This document shows positions 35,796-45,167 of a DNA stretch of 64,000 bases, one piece after another (the first letter of the stretch is position 1; each line of letters opens with the position of its first letter). The translations under genes and the position numbers were made by a program. Origin of the DNA: an uncultured Actinomycetes bacterium. Lineage in GTDB: Bacteria; Actinomycetota; Thermoleophilia; Gaiellales; Gaiellaceae. The stretch is from assembly GCA_963775695.1 (NCBI GenBank), contig CAVZJU010000003.1, positions 141,050-205,049 of the forward strand. The letters run 5' to 3'. Below the pieces are notes generated by a model. That model made no database searches. It had not been told where the DNA came from and saw only the letters and a program-made list of their open reading frames with translations.

Positions 35796-36374
35796 ATGAA
35801 GGACGAAAGATTCGATCTCGAGGGTGAGCTCAACGCGGGCCGTTCCCGGCCACGCGCCGAGTTCGTCACGTCGCTCGCAGGCGACGTGCAGGGGCGCGTG
35901 CGCCGCAGCCGGATCGGTCTGATGCTCGCGCTCTGCGGCCTGATGATCGTCTCCGTCGCGTCGTTCGGGGGCATCGGCTACGCGGCAGGGAACGAGCCTT
36001 CGCAGAGCAACTCGAGCGCGGCGGCGCAGTACGTGCCGTCCCCAACGCCGCCGTTCGTGCCGGAGACGCCGACCACACCGGAGACGCCGACCACACCGGA
36101 GGCGCCGCCCGCGCCGGAGCCGCAGGCGTCCACGCCGCAGCAGGCGGCGACGTTCGTGCCGAAGGTCGTGAAGCCGAAGGTCGTCAAGAAGGCTGCAGTG
36201 AAGGCCGAGGCGACGGCTGCCGCTCCCAAGGCCGCTGCCCCCGCGCACACCTCCTCGCAGCTGCCGTTCACCGGCCTCGCGCTGTGGGTCCCGCTGGCGA
36301 TCGGCCTGCTGCTGATCGCGTCCGGCGTGCTCCTCAGGACGCGGGCCAGGCGGCACGGCTCGAGCACTCACTAG
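35796..36374 (+). CDS. Pro/Thr-rich surface protein with N-terminal TM and C-terminal LPFTG sortase signal
   Basis: ATG 35796. TM IGLMLALCGLMIVSVASFGG, repeats PETPTTPETPTTPEAPPAPEP and PKVVKPKVVKK, then LPFTG + hydrophobic segment + RTRARRHG tail. Confidence 0.65.
   Translation: MKDERFDLEGELNAGRSRPRAEFVTSLAGDVQGRVRRSRIGLMLALCGLMIVSVASFGGIGYAAGNEPSQSNSSAAAQYVPSPTPPFVPETPTTPETPTTPEAPPAPEPQASTPQQAATFVPKVVKPKVVKKAAVKAEATAAAPKAAAPAHTSSQLPFTGLALWVPLAIGLLLIASGVLLRTRARRHGSSTH
36060..36107 (+). repeat. 18-bp in-frame tandem repeat (about 2.7 copies)
   Basis: CCGGAGACGCCGACCACA x2, then CCGGAGGCGCCG. Encodes PETPTT repeats inside the LPFTG protein. Confidence 0.8.
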
Positions 36375-36397
36375 CGAGCGTCGACACCGAGGATCCG

Positions 36398-36422
36398 ACG
36401 GGGGCTGTTCGCAGCCCCCGTC
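36398..36422. terminator. perfect GC hairpin between convergent genes
   Basis: GACGGGGGCTG-TTCG-CAGCCCCCGTC lies between stops at 36374(+) and 36438(-). Confidence 0.6.
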
Positions 36423-36437
36423 GTCGTTCGGCGTCGT

Positions 36438-37679
36438 TCAGTCGGCGCCGGGCGTGACCGTGACGATGTCGGCCAGGTGGATCAGCCGGAACGTGCTGCG
36501 GATGGTGCGCATCCGGTCGCGTTCGTCCTCGATCTCCGGGGCGACCCGCCAGAGGTCACGCGCGCAGAGCAGCAGCTCGCGGATGCGGTCGAGGTCCGGG
36601 CCGGGATGGCCGTTCTCCTCGCAGGCGTTCAGGGCGAGCCCGAGCACGCCGACCGTGTCCGGCTGGCGCGTCCAGAGCAGCGGGCTGGCCATCGACAGGT
36701 ACTGGTGGATGCGCGCCAGCACCATCGGCTGGCTGAAGGTGTCGCTCCCCTTCGCCGGCGTCGGCTCGAGCGGCGGCTGTCCCTCCGCGATCCGCATCGC
36801 ATTGCCGGAGAGCATCCCGCGCACCTGCGCGTCGTCCAGCCCGGACACCCGTGCTGTGCGGAGCGCGATCAAGAGCGACGACGGCTGCTGGCCGTAGGGA
36901 TAGTCCGAGGCGTACAGCACTTGCTCGGGCGAGACCTGGCGGAAGAAGTCGAGCAGGTCGATCGGGCTCCAGGCGGAGGTGTCGAAGAAGACGCCGGGCT
37001 TGCCCGCGAAGTGGCGCATCAGGGCGCCCAGATCGGCGATCCCGGCGTGGGCGATGATCAGCTGCGCGTCGGGATAGGTCTCGACGAGCCGCGCGAGGTC
37101 GTCGGCGATCGGCGGCAGGCCCCGCCCCCCGTGGATCAGGATCGGCACCTTCCGTTCGGCGGCGATCGCGAAGACGGGGGCGAGGCGTTCGTCGTTCAGC
37201 AGGAACTTCTGCGCTCTGGGGTGGAGCTTGATTCCTTTCGCACCGAGGCCGAGGCAGCGCTCGGCCTCTTCGATCGGCCGCTCACCCAGGTCGAGGCGGA
37301 CGAACGGGATGAGCCGTCCCTCGCTGCGGGCCGCGTGCTCGAGCGTCCGGTCGTTCGGAGCCCGGAACGCCGGATGCCGATCGGGCTCGTCCATGCAGAA
37401 CATGAACGCGCGCGCGATCCGGTACCGCTCCATCAAGAGCTGGAGCTCGTCGTAGTCGCCCACCATCCCGTCGATGTCGTGACCCAGGTGGAGGTGGACG
37501 TCGAAGATGTCCGCCCCACCGGCTGCACCGGCGGCGCCGGGAAGTTCCGGCCGGGCGTCGTCGGCCTGGCCGCCGACGCTTTCAGCCCCCGAGAGCTCGC
37601 GGCGCAGCTCCGCGTCCCACTCCTCGATCAACCGCTGCGCGCGCACGACCGCTTCGTCCACGTCTCTGAGTCTAGGCAT
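36438..37679 (-). CDS. amidohydrolase-family (Amidohydro_2/TIM-barrel metal hydrolase) protein
   Basis: DIFDVHLHLGHD (HxH metal motif), GIKLHPRAQKF, PILIHGGRG, IIAHAGIAD, ASDYPYG. Confidence 0.8.
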   Translation of the reverse strand: MPRLRDVDEAVVRAQRLIEEWDAELRRELSGAESVGGQADDARPELPGAAGAAGGADIFDVHLHLGHDIDGMVGDYDELQLLMERYRIARAFMFCMDEPDRHPAFRAPNDRTLEHAARSEGRLIPFVRLDLGERPIEEAERCLGLGAKGIKLHPRAQKFLLNDERLAPVFAIAAERKVPILIHGGRGLPPIADDLARLVETYPDAQLIIAHAGIADLGALMRHFAGKPGVFFDTSAWSPIDLLDFFRQVSPEQVLYASDYPYGQQPSSLLIALRTARVSGLDDAQVRGMLSGNAMRIAEGQPPLEPTPAKGSDTFSQPMVLARIHQYLSMASPLLWTRQPDTVGVLGLALNACEENGHPGPDLDRIRELLLCARDLWRVAPEIEDERDRMRTIRSTFRLIHLADIVTVTPGAD

Positions 37680-37695
37680 TTACGATCCCGATGCC

Positions 37696-38832
37696 GTGCC
37701 GGACGTCCTGATCTACGCCGACACCATCCGCTCGCCGGAGCTCAGGCACGAGCTGCCGCTCGGCATCCCCGACCCCTTCCTCTACGTCGAGCGCAAGGGG
37801 GAGCGCCACGTCGTCCTGACGTCGTTCGAGATCGACCGCGTCCTGGAGGTCGCCGGCGCGCCGGAGCCGCACGCGCACGAGGAGTTCGGCTACGACGACC
37901 TGATCGCGAAGGGGCTGCCGCGCGACGAGGTGCTGCTCGAGGTCGCGGTCAACGCCTGCGAAGCGCTCGGTGTGACCGACGCGCTGGTGCCCTGGACCTT
38001 CCCGGCCAAGTTCGCCGACCGGCTGCGCGAGGCCGGGGTCGAGCTGACCCCGGAGCTCGACTTCTTCCAGGACCGCCGCCGGGTCAAGAGCGAGGCCGAG
38101 CTGGCCGGCATCCGGCGGGCACAGCGCGCGGCCGAAGCGGGGATGGACGCGGCGCGCGCGTTGTTGCGGCGCGCCGAGCCCAACGGAGCCGGTCTCGGCG
38201 TGGACGGTGAGCCGCTCACCTCCGAGCGGATCAAGCGCGCGATCCTGGAGGCGTTCACCGCTCGCGGGACTGTCGCCGACGAGTTCATCGTCGCGCACGG
38301 CCCCCAGAGCGCGGTGGGGCACGACATGGGCTCCGGGCCGATCTCCGCGGGCGAGCCGGTCGTGATCGACCTGTGGCCGCGTGACCTCGAAACGGCGTGC
38401 TACGCAGACATGACCCGAACGTACGTGGTCGGTGAGCCGGCGGAAGAGATCGTGCGCTACCACACGCTCTGCAAGGAGGCGCTCGACCGGTCGCTGGCCG
38501 CCATCCGGGCCGGCGTGCCGGGCGCCGACGTCTTCACGCTCGTGTGCGAGCTCTTCCACGAGGCCGGCCAGCCGACGCAGCTCTCGAAGCGACCGGGCGA
38601 GGTGCTCGAGGACGGCTTCTACCACGGCCTCGGGCACGGAGTGGGGCTCGAGGTGCACGAGGCGCCGTCACTCGGCCGCGCGCCCGGCGCGATGGTCGCC
38701 GGCGACGTCGTCACGGTCGAGCCGGGCCTCTACCGGCACGGCTACGGCGGCGTCCGGCTCGAGGACCTCGTCCTCGTCACCGAGGACGGAGCGGAGAACC
38801 TGACCGAGTACCCCTACGACCTCGAGCCGTGA
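37696..38832 (+). CDS. Xaa-Pro aminopeptidase / M24-family metallopeptidase
   Basis: GTG 37696. HGPQSAVGHD, VVIDLWPRD...YADMTRT, HGLGHGVGLEVHE, VVTVEPGLY...GGVRLED. Confidence 0.85.
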   Translation: MPDVLIYADTIRSPELRHELPLGIPDPFLYVERKGERHVVLTSFEIDRVLEVAGAPEPHAHEEFGYDDLIAKGLPRDEVLLEVAVNACEALGVTDALVPWTFPAKFADRLREAGVELTPELDFFQDRRRVKSEAELAGIRRAQRAAEAGMDAARALLRRAEPNGAGLGVDGEPLTSERIKRAILEAFTARGTVADEFIVAHGPQSAVGHDMGSGPISAGEPVVIDLWPRDLETACYADMTRTYVVGEPAEEIVRYHTLCKEALDRSLAAIRAGVPGADVFTLVCELFHEAGQPTQLSKRPGEVLEDGFYHGLGHGVGLEVHEAPSLGRAPGAMVAGDVVTVEPGLYRHGYGGVRLEDLVLVTEDGAENLTEYPYDLEP

Positions 38833-38839
38833 CCGAGCC

Positions 38840-40786
38840 TTGAGCGACGCGGCGATCGAGACCCTGCTTGCGGAAGAACGCCGTTACCCGCCGCCCGACG
38901 ACTTCGCGGCCCAGGCGAACGCCCAGCCAGATCTCCACGAGCTCTCGTTCGAGGAGCTGTGGGAACGGGAGGGGCGCGAGCGCGTCACCTGGTTCGAACC
39001 GTTCACCGAGCTCTACGAATGGGAGCTGCCCTACGCGAAGTGGTACCTAGGCGGGAAGCTGAACGCGTGCTTCAACTGCGTCGACCGCCACGTCGACGCG
39101 GGGCGCGGCTCGAAGGTCGCGTACTACTGGGAGGGCGAGCCTGACGACGACCGGCGGATCGTCACGTTCGACGATCTCCTGCGCGAGACCACGCGACTGG
39201 CCAACGCGCTGCGGGAGCTGGGCGTCGTCAAGGGAACGCCGGTGGCGATCTACATGGGCATGATCCCGGAGCTACCGATCGCGATGCTCGCCTGCGCGCG
39301 GATCGGCGCCCCGCATACGGTCGTCTTCGGCGGCTTCTCGGCCGAGTCGCTCTCGGCCCGGATGAACGACATGGAGTGCGAGGTGCTGATCACGCAGGAC
39401 GAGGCCTGGCGGCGTGGCACGACCGTGCCGCTGAAGGCGATCGCCGACGAGGCCCTCGCCGAGGTGCCCGGCGCTCGGTCGTGTGTGGTGCTGCGTCGGA
39501 CGGGCGGCGATGTCCCGATGGACGAGGACCGCGACGTCTGGTGGCACGAGGTCGCGGTCTCCGACGAGGCCTGCCCGTGCGAGCCGATGGACTCGGAGGA
39601 CCTGCTGTTCCTGATGTACACGAGCGGGACGACCGCGAAGCCCAAGGGAATCGCGCACACGACCGCCGGCTACCTGGTCGGCAGCGTCTCGACGCACCAC
39701 TACGTCCACGACGTGAAGCCCGACGCCGACGTCTACTGGTGCGCGGCCGACGTCGGCTGGATCACCGGCCACTCGTACATCGTCTACGGGCCGCTGGCGA
39801 ACGGGACGACTGGGGTGCTGTATGAGGGCACGCCCGACTTCCCGGACAAGGACCGGTGGTGGGCGATCGTCGAGCGGTATGGCGTGACGATCCTCTACAC
39901 GGCGCCGACCGCGATCCGCGCGCACATGAAGTGGGGAACGGAGTACGCCGGGCGGCACGACCTCTCGTCGCTGCGGCTGCTCGGCTCGGTCGGCGAGCCG
40001 ATCAACCCCGAGGCCTGGATCTGGTACCGGCGGCACATCGGCGGCGACCGGACGCCGGTCGTCGACACGTGGTGGCAGACGGAGACGGGGATGGCGATGA
40101 TCACGCCGCTGCCGGGCGTGACGACCCTGAAGCCGGGATCGGCGACCAAGCCCTTCCCCGGGATCGACGCCGCCGTGGTCGACGAGTCGGGCCGCGAGGT
40201 CGAACCCGGCGGCGGCGGTTACCTGGTTCTGCGCAAGCCGTGGCCGGCAATGCTGCGCGGCATCTACAAGGATCCCGACCGGTACGCGGAGACGTACTGG
40301 TCGCGCTTCCCGGGCATGTACTTCGCGGGGGACGGCGCGCGGCGCGACCGCGACGGCGACTTCTGGCTCCTCGGGCGCGTGGACGACGTGATGAACGTGT
40401 CAGGGCACCGGATCTCGACGATCGAGGTCGAGTCGGCGCTGGTCGACCACCAGGCGGTGGCCGAAGCGGCCGTGTGCGGCCGGAACGACGCACTGACCGG
40501 GCAGGCGATCGTCGCGTACGTGACCCTGAAGGGTAGCCAGGAGGGGTCGGTGGAGATGATGGACGAGCTCCGCGACCACGTGGCCCATGTGATCGGGCCG
40601 ATTGCGAAGCCGGCCAACGTCGTGTTCACGCCTGAGCTGCCGAAGACACGCTCAGGGAAGATCATGCGCAGGCTGCTGCGGGACGTCGCCGAGAATCGGC
40701 CGCTGGGCGACACGACGACGCTGGCCGACCCGGCGGTCGTTTCGGAGATCAAGGCGCGGGCCGAGGCCGAGCCCGCCGAGGAGTGA
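38840..40786 (+). CDS. acs: acetyl-CoA synthetase (AMP-forming)
   Basis: 648 aa. FWEREGRERVTWFEPF, YTSGTTAKPKGI, WWQTETG, TLPKTRSGKIMRR. Confidence 0.95.
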   Translation: MSDAAIETLLAEERRYPPPDDFAAQANAQPDLHELSFEELWEREGRERVTWFEPFTELYEWELPYAKWYLGGKLNACFNCVDRHVDAGRGSKVAYYWEGEPDDDRRIVTFDDLLRETTRLANALRELGVVKGTPVAIYMGMIPELPIAMLACARIGAPHTVVFGGFSAESLSARMNDMECEVLITQDEAWRRGTTVPLKAIADEALAEVPGARSCVVLRRTGGDVPMDEDRDVWWHEVAVSDEACPCEPMDSEDLLFLMYTSGTTAKPKGIAHTTAGYLVGSVSTHHYVHDVKPDADVYWCAADVGWITGHSYIVYGPLANGTTGVLYEGTPDFPDKDRWWAIVERYGVTILYTAPTAIRAHMKWGTEYAGRHDLSSLRLLGSVGEPINPEAWIWYRRHIGGDRTPVVDTWWQTETGMAMITPLPGVTTLKPGSATKPFPGIDAAVVDESGREVEPGGGGYLVLRKPWPAMLRGIYKDPDRYAETYWSRFPGMYFAGDGARRDRDGDFWLLGRVDDVMNVSGHRISTIEVESALVDHQAVAEAAVCGRNDALTGQAIVAYVTLKGSQEGSVEMMDELRDHVAHVIGPIAKPANVVFTPELPKTRSGKIMRRLLRDVAENRPLGDTTTLADPAVVSEIKARAEAEPAEE

Positions 40787-41224
40787 GCACCGAGTCGCAC
40801 TCGGAGGAGCGGCAGCGGGGCGTCGCACTGTTCAACGGGACGTGGGAGCTGAGCGAGTCGCGTCGTGACGACGATCGCATGCTCCACATGGCGCACGCTT
40901 CGCGGTATCACTGGGGCGAGGCGCCCGAGTGCCGCGCCGGAGAGCCTCGCGCGCGGCGAGTGGCTGATCTCGCGCGTGTACTGCGTGCTGGGCCGGTCTG
41001 ACCCGGCCCTCTGGCACGCGAGGCTGTGCCTGGAGCGAGTCGAGGAGGCGGGGGTCGGCGACCTGGATCTCGCGTACGCCTACGAGGCGCTCGCGCGTGC
41101 GTCCGCGGTCGCGGGGGACCCGGCCGCAGCGGGCGAGTGGCGTGCGCGTGCGCGACAGGCAGGCGATGCGATCGGCGATCCCGAGGACCGGGAGCATTTC
41201 GACGAGGACTTCGCGACGCTCTAG
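40783..41224 (+). pseudogene. conserved-hypothetical gene split over two frames (frameshift near 40921-40950)
   Basis: ORF 40783..41001 (...ALFNGTWELSESRRDDDRMLHMAHASRYHWGEAPE...) and ORF 40865..41224 (...ESLARGEWLISRVYCVLGRSDPALWHARLCLERVEE...) read as one polypeptide if a frame change occurs. GC3 switches frame at the same place. Confidence 0.55.
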
Positions 41225-41664
41225 TAGACGCCGGCGCGGAGCCGGCTGTACGACCAGGGCCAGTCCTCGACCCGATCACAGAGCCCGGCCTTCACCGGAT
41301 TCCAGAGCACGTATCCGCACCGGTCGAAGACGCCGTCCTCGTCGACTGTCCGGCACTGGTAGCGCTCGGCGAAGACGCTGCCGAACCGTCCGTAGCGCCG
41401 GTTGAACTCACGCGCATAGCGCGAATGGAACCACTGCAGCGCCGGCGAGAGGGTCGCGCGGGTCCCGACGACGACGGCGTGGTAGTGCGTGGTCATGACG
41501 CACGCAGCCTCGACCCGGAGCTCGAACCGGGCGGCAGCCTTCATGAGCATCCCGAGCGCGGCGGTCCGATCCTGAGGTGCGGGGAAGGGCGGAATGCCGC
41601 AGACCCCGCGGATCCAGACGTGGAAGCACCCGTCGGGTAGCGAGCTGCGTAGCACGTATCCCAT
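41221..41664 (-). CDS. REP-associated tyrosine transposase (RAYT) / IS200-like Y1 (HUH) transposase
   Basis: 147 aa. HUH motif in MTTHYHAVVVG. C-terminal CGYVLWNPVKAGL (Y-x3-NP). Confidence 0.8.
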   Translation of the reverse strand: MGYVLRSSLPDGCFHVWIRGVCGIPPFPAPQDRTAALGMLMKAAARFELRVEAACVMTTHYHAVVVGTRATLSPALQWFHSRYAREFNRRYGRFGSVFAERYQCRTVDEDGVFDRCGYVLWNPVKAGLCDRVEDWPWSYSRLRAGVY

Positions 41665-41728
41665 ACAGGCGACGCTATCGCCGCCGACCGGTCTCCAGCA
41701 CCCCTGTGGACGAATCGTGACCCAATCG

Positions 41729-41759
41729 TTTCAACCCTGTCTCAGAGACTGGGTTGAAA
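41729..41759. repeat. AT-rich near-perfect palindrome next to the RAYT gene
   Basis: TTTCAACCCTGTCTC-A-GAGACTGGGTTGAAA (14/15 arm pairing). Lies 65 nt upstream of the RAYT start and 123 nt downstream of the M16 peptidase stop. Confidence 0.5.
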
Positions 41760-41881
41760 ACGTCACGAGGTTCGCCATGGCTGCTGGGGACCCGGCCAAC
41801 CCGGGGCGTCGGGACCGATCGACCGGGCCTTCCACGCTTCGAGCGCGCCCTCGTCGGGGTGGGGACGCAGTGGTGCGGGCG

Positions 41882-43147
41882 TTAGCCGAGCAGCTGCTCG
41901 AACCGATCGGCGTCGTCGAACGGGCCGATCACAGCGAGCCGGAGAGCGCCGCCGTCGATCAGGTTGCGCGCCACGCGCTGGACGTCCCCTGCCGTCACGG
42001 CTTCGATTCCGGCCACCACCTCGTCCGGCTCCGGTGCCTGGCCTTCCAGCACTTCCCGCCTTAGGCCGAACATGATCAGCCCGTGCGGGCTCTCGATCTG
42101 GAGGGCGAACCGGCCTTTGGAGAAGCTCTTCGCCTTCAGGAGCTCCGCCTCGGGAACCGCTTCCGCCGCGATCTTGCGCAGCTCGGCCGCGACCGTCTCG
42201 ACTGCGTCGTCGATTCGCTCGATGTCGACACCGGCCTGCGCGTACAGAGAACCCGCGTCGGTGTATGCGTGGTTCGTAGCGAAGACGTAGTAGGCGAGAC
42301 CACGGCGTTCGCGGACCTCCGTGAAGAGCCGCGACGACATTCCGCCGCCCAGCACGGTCGAGAGCACCATCAGCACGTACCGGTCGGGATCGACGATCGG
42401 CCGGCTGCGGACGCCGAGGCAGATATGAGCCTGGTCGGACGCCTTCGTGTGCACCTTGACCCGCGACCCGTTCGGCGCGGCAAGCGCCGGCAGCGGCGCG
42501 CCGCTCGGTGCGTCCTCGAGGTCGCCGAGGAGCCCGGCGACCCGCTCGACCAGGTCGTCGCCGAGTCGTCCGCCGACGCCGACCACCATCCGCGACGGCT
42601 TGTACCAGTGGCCGATGTAGTCGAGGAACGAGTCGCGGGTCGCTCCCTGCACCGTCTCCTTCCGGCCGATGATGTCCCAGCCGAGAGGGTGGTCGCCGTA
42701 GACGAGCTCCTCGTACACGCCGTCGACGAAGTCGCGGGGCGTATCGAAGTACATGTTCATCTCCTCGATGATCACGCCCTTCTCGCGGTCGATCTCGCCG
42801 GCGTCGAATTTCGAGTTGCGGAGCATGTCCACGATCACGTCCAGAGCGATGTCGCGGTGCTCGGCCGCGCACCTGACGTAGTACGCCGTGTACTCCTTGC
42901 CGGTGAACGCGTTGAACTCGCCGCCGATCGAGTCGACCTCGCCGGCGATGTCCCGTGCGGTCGGCCGCCGTTCCGTGCCCTTGAAGAACATGTGCTCGGC
43001 GAAGTGCGCGATCCCGCTCGACTCCCGCGTCTCGTAGCGCGAGCCGGCCGCGAGCATGACGAAGCAGGAGACGGACTGGGCGGCGGGCATCGGCGCTGTC
43101 AGCACGCGCAGCCCGTTGCCCAGGGTGTGGCGCTCGAAGACGGACAT
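41882..43147 (-). CDS. M16-family (pitrilysin/insulinase) zinc peptidase
   Basis: Inverted zinc motif HxxEH in GIAHFAEHMFFKGT. 421 aa. Confidence 0.9.
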   Translation of the reverse strand: MSVFERHTLGNGLRVLTAPMPAAQSVSCFVMLAAGSRYETRESSGIAHFAEHMFFKGTERRPTARDIAGEVDSIGGEFNAFTGKEYTAYYVRCAAEHRDIALDVIVDMLRNSKFDAGEIDREKGVIIEEMNMYFDTPRDFVDGVYEELVYGDHPLGWDIIGRKETVQGATRDSFLDYIGHWYKPSRMVVGVGGRLGDDLVERVAGLLGDLEDAPSGAPLPALAAPNGSRVKVHTKASDQAHICLGVRSRPIVDPDRYVLMVLSTVLGGGMSSRLFTEVRERRGLAYYVFATNHAYTDAGSLYAQAGVDIERIDDAVETVAAELRKIAAEAVPEAELLKAKSFSKGRFALQIESPHGLIMFGLRREVLEGQAPEPDEVVAGIEAVTAGDVQRVARNLIDGGALRLAVIGPFDDADRFEQLLG

Positions 43148-43175
43148 GTCCCGGATCGTAGCCGCGGCCGGCCGC

Positions 43176-45167
43176 TCAGCCGCGGTGGAACTCGAACACG
43201 GTCGTGCCGGCCAGGCCGGTTGGCTTGACCGACAGCGTGCATGTTCCGCCCGCCCGCTCCGGAACCGGCAGGTCGCCGTGCCAGGTCGTCGGCCCCGGGA
43301 ACTCGAGGTGGCGGACGGGCTTGCCGTCGATCGAGATGTCCACGGCCTCCGCCTGCTTGATCAGCAGCGTGACGCTGAACGTCCCCGACTTGCAGTTGAA
43401 GGCGACCAGCCGACCCTCACCTGAGATGTCGCCGTTCGGCTCCAGGCCGGAGATCCACGAACGCAGCCGAAGCGGCTGCTCGAGCTTCCAGAGGACGAGC
43501 CCGGTCTGGTTGAGGCCCTGCTGGGTCACGTCGCCCTTCCGCTCGCCGTGCAGCTTGATCCAGTTCGACACGATCGCGTACCTCGTCCTGGCCAGGTGCG
43601 ACGGCGGTCCCACCACCATCCCGTCCGGGCGAACCGACACGTCGTCCTGCGGCAGCGGCCCGGGCACGGTCGCGACGTTCAGGTCGTAGACGCGGTCGAT
43701 CCTGGCGTTGAAGAACACCGTCTCCCACACGCCCGGCCACGACGGCTCGCCGTCGTAGATGTAGGCGATGCGCGAGCCGCCGGCGTGATCGGCCCACGAC
43801 GGGTCGTCTCCGAGGAACGTGCGCTGCTGGGCCCTCGCCTCGTCGACGACGAAGCGGCTGGAGACGACCGACGCCGCGACCAGCGCCACGATCAGTGCGA
43901 ACGGAACCCACTGCAGCCCGCGTCGTGGCACGAACGCGAACACGGCCGCCGCCGCCACCGCCACCGCCCGGTAGACCCAGGCCATCGTCGAGAGCGACGT
44001 CGACGTCGAGAGCTTGAACATCGGGATCAGCGTCAGCGCGTCGTGCATCCCGTAGATGTCGACGTAGCGGCGGACCGGCAGGAGCAGGAGCACGGCCAGC
44101 GCGCCTGCCGCGACCGCGCCGCGAACCACGTACCCGCCGTCCGGGCCGCGGGCGAGCCACAGTACTAGGCCGATGAACAACACCGGGGCCAGCCCGATCA
44201 GGTTCCGCTCGACGATCCGGTCCGAGTAGCGCGAGGCGAAGGCACCGACCTCGACGACCACCCAGACGCACAGCGAGGCCGTGACCGCCAGATAGGCGCG
44301 CACCCCCTCGTCCTGCTCTCCCCGCCGAAGTCCCTCGACCAGCTTGACGGCGACGGCGGCGAGCGGGAAGAGACCGCAGAGGATCAGCAGCGAGGCGCCG
44401 TGGTAGAGGACGAAGCGGGCTGCCGCGCCGACGCTGTACGAGGTGCTGGCGACCACGTCGTAGCCGCCGAGCGCCCCTTTTCCGGTTGCCAGACGCCAGA
44501 CAACCCACCCGGCCAACAGGACGGCGAGGCCGACCGCAGCGGGCAGCTGGTGCCTGAGGCGCCCCCACGAGCGGGCGAGCCAGGCGTCGAGCAGCGCCGC
44601 CGTGACGAGCGCCGGCACGAGCACGATCGCCTGGATGCGGGTCGCGCAGACTGCGACGAACGCTGCCAGGAGCAGGATGTGGGTGGCGCGGGTCGGGCGC
44701 GCGATCGCCGCCGCCCCCGCCCACGCGGCCGTGACCAGCAGCGGATAGAAGAGCACCTCCGTCATCACCAGACCCGAGTAGGCGAGCACCGGCGTCGCGA
44801 CCGTGAGAGCGGCCGCCGTCAGCGCGCTCCGGCGCGGGACGAGCGTTCGCGCCCAGAGGTAGACCGGCACCGCCGCCAGCGACATCACGAACGCCTGGAG
44901 CCCCTGCAGCAGGTCGTAGCCGGTGCCGAGCCCGAACGCGGCCAGCGGGAAGCCGGCGAGCAGCGGTGTCAGCAGCGAGTAGTACGGCGTCGGGCCGCCG
45001 AGGATCGCCAGCGAACCGTGCAGCCACAGGCTGCGGCCGAGCATCCCGTACACCATCTCGTCCGGGGCGATCCAGGGGACGGGCACCTCGACCGCCGCCC
45101 ACGCCCGGAACGCGGTCGAGAGGAGTACGATCGCGACCAGCGCCGCCCATTCGCTCCGGCGGGTCAC
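43176..45167 (-). CDS. ArnT/PMT-like (GT39/GT83-type) membrane glycosyltransferase with C-terminal extracytoplasmic domain
   Basis: GTG 45167 overlaps the upstream stop (GTGA). VTRRSEWAALVAIVLLSTAFRAWAA...IAPDEMVYGMLGRSLW..., about 12 TM, then a ~230-aa soluble tail. The part of ORF 43176..46100 upstream of 45167 is a shadow. Confidence 0.65.
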   Translation of the reverse strand: MTRRSEWAALVAIVLLSTAFRAWAAVEVPVPWIAPDEMVYGMLGRSLWLHGSLAILGGPTPYYSLLTPLLAGFPLAAFGLGTGYDLLQGLQAFVMSLAAVPVYLWARTLVPRRSALTAAALTVATPVLAYSGLVMTEVLFYPLLVTAAWAGAAAIARPTRATHILLLAAFVAVCATRIQAIVLVPALVTAALLDAWLARSWGRLRHQLPAAVGLAVLLAGWVVWRLATGKGALGGYDVVASTSYSVGAAARFVLYHGASLLILCGLFPLAAVAVKLVEGLRRGEQDEGVRAYLAVTASLCVWVVVEVGAFASRYSDRIVERNLIGLAPVLFIGLVLWLARGPDGGYVVRGAVAAGALAVLLLLPVRRYVDIYGMHDALTLIPMFKLSTSTSLSTMAWVYRAVAVAAAAVFAFVPRRGLQWVPFALIVALVAASVVSSRFVVDEARAQQRTFLGDDPSWADHAGGSRIAYIYDGEPSWPGVWETVFFNARIDRVYDLNVATVPGPLPQDDVSVRPDGMVVGPPSHLARTRYAIVSNWIKLHGERKGDVTQQGLNQTGLVLWKLEQPLRLRSWISGLEPNGDISGEGRLVAFNCKSGTFSVTLLIKQAEAVDISIDGKPVRHLEFPGPTTWHGDLPVPERAGGTCTLSVKPTGLAGTTVFEFHRG

